Part shown: positions 14,100 to 25,502 of the stretch, piece by piece
Numbering within the stretch: position 1 is the stretch's first letter
Layout of the letters: each line of letters begins with the position of its first letter
Assembly: GCA_051453625.1 (NCBI GenBank)
Contig: JBOZIK010000001.1
Span: 1,032,199 to 1,076,566, forward strand
Reading direction: 5' to 3'
Source: Welwitschia mirabilis
Taxonomy: Eukaryota
DNA: 44,368 bases
Program-made: the position numbers and the translations under genes
Notes under the pieces: generated by a model
What the model was told of the DNA's origin: nothing
The model's database searches: none
What the model saw: the letters and a program-made list of their open reading frames with translations, nothing else

Positions 14100-14580
14100 A
14101 CCTATCACTTCAATTCTTTTTGTGAGCTTGACAACTTAATTAATGGAATCAAACTTTCACATGCATAAGTTTTCTAAGGTAAAAGATATGGCATATTTTA
14201 TAAATAACCTTAGTATATCATTATCAAAAAATATTATATTCTAGTTTCAAGGTAACAACCTTTCATCTTTATGCATAATTAGTTATTTTTTTGTCATATG
14301 ATTAGTATAGACTCATTAAACTTTCTAATGAGATGTAATGGGTAATGTTAATTATGTATTATTTCATAAACTTCTCAAACATTTAGTTGAGGTTTTTAAT
14401 TGAGTAGATGAGAAGACAATGTACCATCCAAGGGCCTTTTTATAAAAGAATCTAAAAAATAGATGGTAAGCCATCTTAGAATCTATTAATTAGAGGCAAC
14501 AAGCATGTTTGGAGTTGTTGATATGAATTTTTGGGTCTTTGGTTTTGATGAATATTTCAAACTCAGGAATTTTAGAAGGG
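14100..14580 (-). pseudogene. Retrotransposon gag (Retrotrans_gag-like) fragment of the Ogre/Tat element
   Basis: Translation matches the K.P.FE.Y.G..DP..H and F..SL.G.AL.WY..L...SI pattern, with stops and a frameshift. Confidence 0.8.
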
Positions 14581-15177
14581 CTAGTTCTCATGATTTGATT
14601 GACGGGTGAATTGGTATATTTACTACATTAAGATCAGTGCAAAGTGTTACCTATGAAATTTATTCTTTAAGAGACTAGACCATTTTAAACAATCCACTCA
14701 AGTCAAAACATGAATCAGTTCATAGAGTCTTATTTTCTATTTCTTTTGTAACCTTTCCAGATCTATATTTTGATAATACTTTTCCATCTTTTCTAGTGCA
14801 AGAATCAGTTTTAAGGAACTTCATTACTTCTTTTGGATGATTTTGTAGATATTTTGTTCATTGTTGGAAATTCATATCCTTGTTTTTTGAATTAGTCTCA
14901 TTTTAGCTATCATTGATTATACTCTTTCTTTATCATTTGTTTCTTTCCTTCTTGATAAATGGTTGAAGTTTTAACATCAAGGAACTTATGAGCTAACTTG
15001 TTATTAGTTTAAATTTCTAAATATAAGAAACATCTGTAAAAGTATTTATATTGATTAATTTTTCATCTTCTTTAGGCTTTTTTAAAATTCTATAAAAGAG
15101 TAATATAATTTTCTTTTGTGATTAGAAATCATGAGTATGTTTATCTACATTTTTTTTGAACTTAGAAGTCTTTAAAA

Positions 15178-15194
15178 TCCCACTAGACATGTTA
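15178..15194 (-). promoter_or_regulatory. Primer-binding site complementary to the tRNA-Arg 3' end (decayed)
   Basis: Plus strand TCCCACTAGACATGTTA versus expected TCCCACTGGGCGTGCCA; all 5 differences are G>A or C>T. Followed by an A-run and TTGAGACAAAATTTT, the reverse complement of a ...GTCAACA-type LTR end. Confidence 0.78.
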
Positions 15195-16208
15195 AAAATT
15201 GAGACAAAATTTTTCACTCAATGTTTTTATTCCTTTTTATATATTTTTATCGAATTCTTAAATTGGAATGATTACAATTCCCACAATTTCAAGTATTTTC
15301 AAATCTTCTTTTAGTGATATGATTTTTGCAAAAAAAATGGTTTTAAGAAAGATTATGATAAAATAAAATTTTAGATATTTGACTAGAAAATTCAAGAATA
15401 GATTAAAGTTAAAAAACAAGCTTTCTATAAAAGGAAAAAAAATCTAAAAACAATGTGAACTTTAAATAAAATATAGATCTTCTTAGAAATATTTTAGAAA
15501 TATAGAGACATGACTTTATTTAGACATTTATTTTAACATTTTGTAACATATTTCAAACTATAAAATGGATATAAAAACATATTTTATTAAAAATATTTTT
15601 AAATAATATTTTTTTATAAATAAAATTATTTTAGATTACTTTATGATAAAAAATTATAAAAGATGAAGTTTTAGAAAAACTCTTTGAAGACAAATAGAAT
15701 TTGATACTTATTAACAAAATGGATTTTGAATGCCTAATGATTAAATGAGAATTTTTATTTGAAGAGAAAATAAAGAAATATTAAGAGGATAGATAGATGA
15801 TTGAAATACAAAAAGATTCCTCTTTTGGAGGTTTACAATAACTTAAATGTAAGAAGATGAAAAGATAACTCATAACTATTCAAAGTGAATGTAGGGTTAA
15901 TGAGTTGGCTTTGATAAAGAATAATGAAATAACCTTAAAAATAATTTATTTTAAAGCTTATATGCTATAATGGCTCTAATTTTGAAAGGCTCCAACAAAT
16001 GCTATTCTTAATGCTTTAAATAATAATCGAAATGAGTTTTTGATAAAGGACAATGGTAGATTTTTGAATAGTGAATGAGGGATTTTTCTACTTTTCTGCT
16101 ACTTTTCTTTCTATTAGATAAATAAGGGATCTTTCTTTAGAAGTTAGAAGCATTTTAGTGGTTATAAAGATGTGAGTAGAGAATTCTAATACGTAGTAGT
16201 CAGCTATA

Positions 16209-17675
16209 GATAGTAAAAGTAAAACTCAAAGTTAGACTTTCTCAAATTAGAATTTCATAGTTGAATTTCTGAAGAAGTTTAATTCTAGGTTGATCTTCTT
16301 TGTTACTGAATCTATCTAGCATTCTCTATTTATCAAAAACTAGAAGTTTTTACTACATTAATAAACCTCATTTATTTGAATAGCTAATAGAAATAATCCA
16401 TCAAGCTAAAATAGTGTTAAAGAAGAAAGAATATGGAATAATTATAGGGTTTGCTACATTTAAACAGAACACAAAATTAGGATATAAGAAACTAAAATTT
16501 TATAAATCTTGTAATACAATGGTTTATCATTCATAAAATCATTGCTTTAAAACTTCATATCATTTAAGAAGCAAGAATAATAATAATAATAATAATAAGA
16601 AGAAGAAAAATAAAGATAATAAGGAAACAAGGATAACAGTTATAGACTTTTAATCATAAGTAATGTGATTTCCTAAGAAATATTCTTGGTAATTTCCATA
16701 AGTAATGACAAAATATAGTACATGGATTTAGTAGGATCATATAACTACTAATAAGGATATTTTATAAAGCTCATGGCAATGTAAAATAGCATGGTAAAAC
16801 ATGCAACTATTGATAATGGAAGGAAGCTAAAAGTAAATGAATAAGAAATTATAAAAGGACCCTTTCTTGGATACCTTTTGCATTTCAAATTTCAAAAAGA
16901 ATTTGATCTTATGTATCATCTCTACTTTAATATGTTTTTGAAGTAAAACTTAATAAAATAAAGAGTGGATTATATTGTATCATAAAAAAAGATAGAAACA
17001 ACACATTAAAGCAACTCAAAAGGATGCAATTTTTTCTTCTAAGTAAAGAATTAATAATAAATATTGTTTAGCTACTAGAATTAACAAAGTAGTACTCTAG
17101 CATTATAGATATAGGGCATATGTTCTTTGAAGTTTTAAATAAAATACACTACGTAAGTGATTAAATTTCAAAACTTGAAAATAAAAAGTTAAGTTATGAA
17201 GCTGTTCAAATGGACATAATAAATCATAATCGATTTATAAAGAATAAAAGAAAAGGATTAGGCATGAAACTTAAGCTAAGACACAATCATTTAGATGGCC
17301 TAGTATCAATTTTATTCTTAAAAGAACAAAGCTGTTTTCTCACCTTCATTGATAACTATGGTAGTATATGCTTTGTGTACTTATATGGAATAAATCTCAA
17401 ATTTTTAATGCTTCTAAAGTGTTTTACATACTAACTGAGAAATAGAAGAACCTAAAAATCAAAAAGCTTAAGACAAATAAATGAGAAGACTATGTATCAA
17501 CCAAGTTTTGTGACAAATTTCAAAAGCTCAAATTCAACATAACTTAAATCCACCCTATATAGCTTAGCTTAATGGAATGGCTAAAAGCAAAAAAATTCAA
17601 TTATGAAAATGATAAAAAGTATGTTGTATAAAATAAATCTTTCTTAATATATATGAATAGAAACTATTACAAAAA
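16209..17675 (+). pseudogene. Outer Ty1/Copia element, left part: gag C-terminus, protease, GAG-pre-integrase, integrase core
   Basis: Zn-knuckle remnant ~16507-16548; (W)YMD ~16716; KNLI ~16897; decayed LWH.R.GHM ~17095; FLTFIDNY ~17335; decayed LRTDNGGEY ~17467; NGMA ~17571; MIKSML..NL....IETIT up to 17675. Confidence 0.88.
16576..16605 (+). repeat. (AAT)7(AAG)3 microsatellite in the Copia gag linker
   Basis: Seen directly. Confidence 0.9.
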
Positions 17676-19316
17676 TGTTGAACTACTGTGTTGTGATGTG
17701 CAAACTTTTCATATGTAATGTATAAGTGTGTAGGAATCATTGAGTTGAACTTTTATCTAAGTGTAAAGAGAATTTATACAATAATGAAAGATGTCTACTA
17801 CATGTGAAGACATCTACAAATGTTTAAGATGTTTATAAGACTTCTAGTAAGTCCATAAAGTTAAGTCTAAAGCTAATGACCATAAGTTTAAAGCTAATGT
17901 CTTAATCAATCTAATGTATTCTAGGGACTCCCAATGAATATGTCAACATAAAGTAAAGATACCACACCTTCAGATGTCTATAGAATAGAAGATGTCTCAA
18001 TTAAATCAAATGCTTTTTATTAGAATAAATCTACAATTTTTGAATATGTCTGTAAATTATTTGAATATCTACAACATGAAAGATGTCTTGACTGACTTAA
18101 AGAGACCTCAAATGAAGACATCTAACAAAGTTAAATATGTCTTGGCTAATCTTAAGGGACTAATAAAGGATGGCTAAGGGTTAAAGATATCTACACCTAG
18201 TGAAAGACATCCATATGATTAAAAGATACCTACTAAAGTTTTAGATGTCTTGGTTGAACTAAAATGCATGATAAAATAACTACAGATTGAATTATTTACA
18301 CTTAAAAAAAATATCTACAATATTTAAACATGTTTATAAAGTTTAAATATGTCTATTACAAGTCAAAATAAAATAATAAAATAACCATTAAAGGATGTGG
18401 ATCTAATCATTTTCCATGGTAACCTTCAAGGAAAACCTAGAAAAAGAGTTTCATATAAGAAAGAACCAAAATCCTAACTAAAAAATAACAAAAAAGAACT
18501 AAGAAAAATAGAATTGATTGAGAAAAATGGATTAAAATAAAACAAACACAAGTAATAAAGTAAGTAACTAAAATAATAGATCAAGATGAAGGAAAAATAA
18601 CTAAAATAATAGATCAAGAATAAGAAAAAAATAGTAGGACATTATCATTGAAGGTTGGAGATTCTTCTTATGGGGCTATAAGATCTCATTATTTCAAGGG
18701 AGATTCTTAACATTTTTACATAGTGAAGACAAAGAAAGAAGAACTTAGTTTTTAATCTTACCTTTTGTAAATTAGTAATAAAGATCCATTTACTGTTGAA
18801 CTTTCTTACTCTCAATGTTTCTTCTCTGTTATATATATATATATACACACTTAAAGGTTGATATTTAATTTAGTAGAACCTCTCTAATTTCACATTTCAT
18901 TTGTACTTCTTTTTAGGCCTTTGAAAGGCTTACATGTTATTGGGTCCAAGTGAAATTCCAAGTTGTAAGTTTATCAAGCTACGCATTAAGGTACACTCTT
19001 GAGAGAAACATGTGTTTTGTGTTTTTAAATCCTAACAGGTTGAGTTGACTACCTTGCAAGGAGAAAATCCTTTGTTCTAAGAATTATGAGGTTAGTGATA
19101 AACCACAAACCACCATTTTGTAATAAGCAGTAAACAATTTTGAGGTGTAACCAATTTGACCCTTTGAGTGTGAAGCACCCATGTTAAAGAACCATATTAT
19201 ATTAGTAAGAGTTTCATTAATTTTTTACCTACAACTTATTTTAGCTACTTATTAATTTATTGATTATAATATAATTTTTAATTTGAAATCACTACCCCTA
19301 ATTTATATGATTCACA
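17676..19316 (+). repeat. 5' LTR of the Sirevirus-like element (1641 bp)
   Basis: TG...CA termini; colinear with 25403-25502 and 35139-36584. One 60-nt sample (19021-19080 versus ~36285) gave 49/60 matches. Confidence 0.9.
17788..18357. repeat. Array of ~15 decayed AGACGTCT palindromic motifs in the 5' LTR
   Basis: AAGATGTCT/AAGACATCT/AAGATATCT variants at ~17788, 17807, 17826, 17972, 17989, 18080, 18114, 18184, 18204, 18242 and others. Confidence 0.85.
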
Positions 19317-19318
19317 AG

Positions 19319-19330
19319 TGATATCAAAGA
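19319..19330 (+). promoter_or_regulatory. Primer-binding site, tRNA-iMet type (decayed)
   Basis: TGATATCAAAGA versus TGGTATCAGAGC, 2 nt after the LTR end. Confidence 0.8.
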
Positions 19331-19370
19331 AGGTACTAATGAAAAGGCATAAAAATCTTAAGTAAATTAG

Positions 19371-22300
19371 TATGAGGAATCCTTAACCATTAAATCTTCA
19401 CTCTTCAATGGGATAAACTATGCCTATTAGAATATGAGGATGCAAATGTACTTATAATATCTTAAGTTTAAAGTGTGGTAAAAAATATAAGAGGAACGTT
19501 TAACTCCCATAAGATACCACAAATGCTACCGGTATATGTATCACAAATGCAACTAGTATATGCATCAAAAAATCTAAATCACAAAAAATTGGAGATGTGC
19601 AAAGAAAGATACTCATATGATTAATTCTAAGATAATAAATGCTCTATAATATTCTTTATTCTAGGAAATTCAATAGAGTAACTGGTTACAATACCATAAA
19701 GAAAGTATAAAATGTTCTTAAAGGAATATATGAGGGTACTTCTATAGTTAAATAGTCTAATCTATTAACTTAGAAAAATCAATTTGAAAAACTTAGAATG
19801 AATTAACAAAAACTAATTCATGAATATCTTACTAGAATGAGCAACATAGTAAATTCCATTTTTAGAAAGCTATCAGAAGGACAAGGTGATTCACAAAGTA
19901 GTAAGATCACTTTATGAGAGGAAAAGGCTATCCAAAAAGTAGTGAGACCATTTACTCTAGCATATAAGGCTAAGACCATCACCATGAAATGATTCAAAAA
20001 CTTTATCACCATGGAGGAACTACAAAGTGCTTTAATAACTTATGAGATGAACTTGATTAAATGTGGAATACTCAAAGAGAATCCCGTATTACTCAAGGCC
20101 AATGACAATTAAAAGTAGCATAGTAAAGCAAAATCTACAGTTGCTTTAGATGGTGACGAATCACAAAAAGACATTAATGATGGACTTTCTCTCATCTTCA
20201 CATAGGTTAAATGTCTATTGCCTAGAAGAATTTAATAAGAGAAGAGAATTGTAAATGATTCAAGCCATAAGGAAAAGGTAAGAAAAAAGATAACAACTAT
20301 CAATTTGCTTCCAAATGCAAGTATTTAGATGTGGAATGTTAGAGTTATAGGGGTATAGGTAATCTTAGCTCAAAACGTTCAAGTGCTAACCAAATGTAGG
20401 GAAAAAGTTAAAAGAGAGATTTTATAAGAAAGAAGAAGTTCTTCACTATTTGGAATAATGATGAATACATTACTAATAAGAAAGTGTTAAATGATAATAA
20501 AAATAAGACATCCATTCATGAGGAGTTTAGCAATAATGATAGGGACTTTAATACCTATGAACATATTGATACTCTAAGGAAAGAGGAAGGTGAGTTAACC
20601 TATGAACATTAAAAGAATTCTTATTCTAAGCTAACAAGCAATAATTTATCCCTTAAGAATGAGATTAATAAACTAATAAATTAGTTGAATAATGTGAAAT
20701 AGGTATTACAGGATGTCAAGTACATACAAAGGATATTTATCCAAGAAGGAAGAGGGGGGAAAAAGACTTTGATCATCATTATTATTAAAGGTAGAAGGCC
20801 TAATGATAAGAGTGGATTAGCAAAAGTGAAACAACTATAAGCCAACCATAGGGCCATTTAGAAAGAATCTTCTAGAACTAGAATTATAAGCCAACAGATG
20901 AATATTTAGTAGACAAAAATAACATATATGCTTCTGCTATTATAACAAAGTGCATTATAGGGAATTTTGTCACTTTCTCTTTAGGGAAAAATAACACTTA
21001 TCATGCATAAAACAAAAAAGATGGATTCAAAAATCTATATGGGAAATTACAAGAAGAAATGGATTTTTAAGCACCACAATAATGCCTTTCTTAATCAGAT
21101 AGCCTTATAGGTTATGAATAAGAACATCTGATATATAAACAGTGGATGCTTTAGACATATTATAGGTAATGGATTAATATTCACCTCTCTTCTTGATCAA
21201 GATGATGGAATTACTTTCTTCAATAATAACACTAAGGTTATAATTAGAGGTATTGGTATGATAAGAGGTGGTAACCTCTCTAAGATTACAAAAAACATGT
21301 GTTATATAGATGGATTGTAGCATAACCTATTAGGTGTAATCAGTTGTAATTCTAATGTTAATATTACCTTTTTAGAAAATGGTTATACTATTAAAGACTA
21401 AAATTATAATAAATTTTTATTTGCTAGTCAAAGGAAAGAAAATGTTTATGTTACCTCACTTAGTGATATATCCAACAAAGAGGTCAAGTATTTACTTAGG
21501 GATACAATTGATGTAAAGACTTGATATAAAAAGCTTGGATATGTGAAAATGAATCTAATATAAACCTTGCATTAAAATATCTTAAAGAATGTTGATAAAT
21601 GAATTTGTAATACCTATAAAAAAGGGAATAAAACAAAGGTAAGTATCAAAAAGAAAAATTCTATATCTAGTTCTTGTCCTTTAGATATGTAATATCTAAA
21701 CATAGTTGATCCATTGAAAATTGAAAGTCTTTAATGATAGTGCTACTATTTTACCATTGTTAATGAGTATTCTTACTTTTTATTGATAGCCTTCGTTACA
21801 CACCATAATGAGGGCTTTAACTATTTTAATAAGTTATGTATTAGGTCATATAATTAAGAAGATTACCACATCAAGATCATCCAAAGTGATAATAATGGAG
21901 AATTTAAGAATGCATGCTTCAAGAAATTTTATAAATAACATGAGATACATCATTAATTCTCTACTCGAAGGATACTAAAATAAAATTTACTTGTAAAGCA
22001 TAGAATAAATAGTTGAATGAATTAGTAGGAACCATGTTACATGGTAGATTATCACTTTTGGGCTAAAGCCTTGAACATCACCTCCTATGTATTAAATCAT
22101 GCTCTTATAACATAGTTTATAACCAAGAATCCATGTAAGATATGGTATGGTAATAAATTGTTTGTTAGTTATTTATACATTCTTAGTTGTAAATGTTATA
22201 TTTTAAATTTAAAGGACTAGCTTCAAAAGTGTAATGCTAAGGTTGAAAAAGGTATTTTCATTTGATATTTTATGATTAACAAAGCTTACAAAGTTTACAA

Positions 22301-24124
22301 CAAACAAACTTTAAATCTAGAAGAAACTATTAATGGAAAAATTGATAAATATAATATACAAAATTATTCTTATGTACAAGAGGATAAGGATATGAAGAAC
22401 AAAATCAACACTTCTTTGAAGTAAAATCATCCAACTCTAATAGTGACATAGACAGTGACAACACTCTAATCTCATCAAAGCCTTAAAAAAGGAGTAGATT
22501 AAAGAAATCATACTCTCTTAGCAATATTATTAGAAGTTCCTAAAGTGGTATCAAATCGAAGAAGTCATTACAAGAGTTTTGTAAGTGTGCTGTGTACATA
22601 TGTCAAATAGAAATTAAAAGTTCTAGAGATGTCAAGGATGACAAAAGTCACATGTTGGTTATGTAAGAGAAGTTAAGCCAATTTTAAGATGTGATATGTG
22701 GGAGCTAGTACCTTAACATTCTAAATGTCTAATACTAGGAACAAAATTATTATTCAAATACAATACAAATGGAAATGGAAATATTACTAGGAATAAATCA
22801 CATCTTGTCACTGAAGTTTATAACCAAAAAGAAGGAATTAACTTTAAGGAAACCTTTGCTGCTATTTCTAAAATATAATCACTCAGAATGCTAATGGCAT
22901 TTGCATGTTATAAATAATTTACTCTATATCAAATGGACATTAACAATTCATTCCTAAATGAAGTCATCTAGGAAGAGGTAAATGTGTTATATTCTAAAGA
23001 TTTTTTTGACTCATACAAGAATGATTGTGTTTACAGATTGAAAAAGCTATTTATGAATTAAAATAAGTACCTTNNNNNNNNNNCAATCATCTTTAGGGAT
23101 AATGGATTCAAAAGAGGTACATCAAATGTGATATTATTTGTGAAAGCTATCAACCATGATTTTATAGTAATTCAAATCTATAGATATGATATCATTTTCG
23201 ATAGTACTAATGACTTTTTATGAAAGAAGTTTACTATACTAATTTAATGACAGATTTAAAATGATAATAATTTGTGAAATGAAAAAATTCTTTGGATTGT
23301 AAGTTACATAGTACAATGAGCATATATTTATCTCTTAATAAGAATATGTTAAAAATTAATTGGCTAAATATAAGTTTCATGATGTAAAGCTTAAAGGAAC
23401 TTCTATGAGCACAACTAAAATATTAAATAAGGATGGACCTAGTAAGAAAATGGATTAAAATATATATATAGGTATGGTAGAAAGTTTACTTTATATTATT
23501 ACCTCTAGATATAACACAACTCTTAGTGTAGACATATGAGCTTGTTATCAGAGTGATCATAAGGAATTACATTTAAAGGTAGTTAAATGAATTTTCAATC
23601 ATTTAAAAGATACTATTAACTCATTTCTCTAGTATTCTATAAAATTTTTCCTTAATCTTATTGAATATTGTAACATAGTCTGTAAGGTTGCAAATGGAAG
23701 GAGTACAAGTGATTTCTACTACTTCTTCAGTTAATGTTTGGTGGTATGACATAGTAAGAAATAAAATTCTATAGCATTATCTATTACAAAAGATAAATAC
23801 ATTATTTTTAAAAAGTTAATGTGCATAGTTGCTATGGATGAAAAAATGTTGAAGAACTTTGGCATGATGATGAAAAACATGCTAGTATATTTTGAAGATA
23901 AGAGTTTCATCAACATATTAAAGAATCCCATCTAGCACTCAACAATTAAACACATAGAGATCCATTACCATTTCCTTTGTGATCACATATAGAGTGGAGC
24001 TATTATATTAAAGTATGTCAAAATACATGATCAACTAACTAATATTTTCAAAAAACATCTAGATGAAGTAAGATTCAATAAGCTATGCAGATATTTGGGG
24101 ATTAGGTCATACCCAATTATGTAA
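19371..24124 (+). pseudogene. Sirevirus-like Copia gag-pol pseudogene
   Basis: LFNGINYAY*NMRMQMYL at the gag start; decayed WYIDSGCSRHMTG ~21126; W.KKLG.V ~21522; IQSDNNGEF ~21878; M*EELSQF ~22661; YQMDI..SFLN ~22927; QIY..DIIF.ST ~23173; KHIEIHYHFLCDH ~23948; DQL.NIF ~24029. Confidence 0.93.
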
Positions 24125-25385
24125 GTTAGGGATATTTATCTTTCTATTAATTTAAGTAGCTACTTATTGTAAATCTATATTTATCTAATTTTTTCATGCA
24201 TTAGTATTAGATTCTTCATGAATTTTATAGCCATATTTATATAGAAAAATCCTCTAACCATAATTCATACTCCACATAAGCTACATGTTTTCCATACTAG
24301 CTCTCAGAAGCTAGAAAGGGCTTAAAGAAATTGTGAAAGTAATAGCGAAGATTAGTGGGAATATTATGAAACTCAAGAAATGCTTATGAAGGGAATAATA
24401 AGTGAGAGGAATAAACCCCTCTCAAAATTTAAGAAAAGAAGCACACTAATCTAGTCTAGTAATAGTCATAACCATAACAATGATAACAGTTCAAAGGCAG
24501 AGGAGAAAAAACCTCTTAGAGGCATATATTATGACTTAATAAATGGAAAGTATTATTCATAAGAAAAGGAAAACATAGTTTAAGGGGATATTTAAGAAAT
24601 TACATGATATTTATTTAGTAAGTTTGACAGACCATTTTAGGCTTTGTGCCCTAGAAAACTTAGGATGAACATACAAGCATAATAGTTTCTATTAAGTCAA
24701 CACCATACATTCCTTCATCTCTAGTAAATTTATTAGTATGTACTTTACATTTTTATTTAGAGCTAACTTCTAGTTTATCTGATACATCTATCACATCATC
24801 AACTTACTTTAGGATGAATTATTAGATCACTCAAGGAAGAAGCAAGAGATATCATCTTCCAAGTTCTAACTCTTAGCAAGAAACTTTTTCATCATATGAC
24901 ATGTATCAAGAATTATCTTTCAAACATTATGATGATTCAGATGATAGTAAGAAAGATAAACAATCATACATTACCAAGTCTGATTTTGATGCTTTTCCTA
25001 ATAAGTAGTATTTCATGATGTTCAAAAAAGAGGATAAGAAAAATGTAGATAATAGAAAGATATCTAGTTGAAGACATGTATCCATGCTTGTTGTGACTCT
25101 GATGATTTAAGCACATCAAAAATGTCATTGCATTCTTATTTCTTTTGAACTTTGTCAATGGATTAGCATCTCTTTACATTAGTTTTAAAAAAATAGTTTT
25201 TATGTCTTTGTACTAATTTTATGCCATTGGATCAATATCTTTACTATTGTACTTTATTATATAACATATTATATTGTATTTCCTAACAATTTCAACCTAG
25301 TACATATCATTCTCTCATGGATTAAAATGTTAGCACTTTTATCATGCTATAAATTCTAATTGATTTACCAACTTTTAATCATAAT

Positions 25386-25397
25386 AAAAGAGAGAGA
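25386..25397 (+). promoter_or_regulatory. Polypurine tract of the Sirevirus-like element (decayed AAAAGGGGGAGA)
   Basis: Purine run AAAAGAGAGAGA a few nt before the 3' LTR start TATTAATTT (= TGTTGAACT) at 25403. Confidence 0.75.
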
Positions 25398-25402
25398 TAT
25401 AT

Positions 25403-25502
25403 TATTAATTTACCTAATTTTGATATGCTAGAGTTATTCAATTTAATTTCATGTCTGTGCAGGGATCATGTCTGTGCAGGGATCATGAAGTTGAAATTTT
25501 AG
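25403..25502 (+). repeat. 3' LTR of the Sirevirus-like element, left fragment (contains a perfect 17-bp tandem duplication at 25450-25483)
   Basis: TGTGCAGGGATCATGAAGTTGAAATTTTA matches 5' LTR TGTGTAGGAATCATTGAGTTGAACTTTTA (~17727-17755). Confidence 0.85.

Larger units (their letters stand above)
13263..16208 (-). mobile_element. Ogre/Tat-type (non-chromovirus) Gypsy remnant: 5' LTR, PBS, gag and a protease fragment
   Basis: Decayed tRNA-Arg PBS at 15178-15194. Minus-strand gag KIPEFEIF..TKDPKIHINN..HAC..ALGWY..MFEKFMK (~14360-14573). Protease-tail-like LLL..HYGDKTLTLIG ~13620-13710. The LTR runs from ~15199 to ~16208 (right edge uncertain). Confidence 0.75.

Noticed and set aside
15178..15194. 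tRNA-like sequence
   Set aside because: Only the 17-nt tRNA 3'-end match is present with no cloverleaf, so it is a PBS rather than a tRNA gene.
17788..18357. Palindromic repeats as a CRISPR-like array
   Set aside because: The motifs are only ~8-11 bp, irregularly spaced, duplicated in both LTRs of a plant retrotransposon, and there are no cas genes.
18565..18630. 33-bp tandem duplication in the Sirevirus 5' LTR
   Set aside because: Real, but a single copy in the 3' LTR indicates ordinary post-insertion slippage with no evident function.
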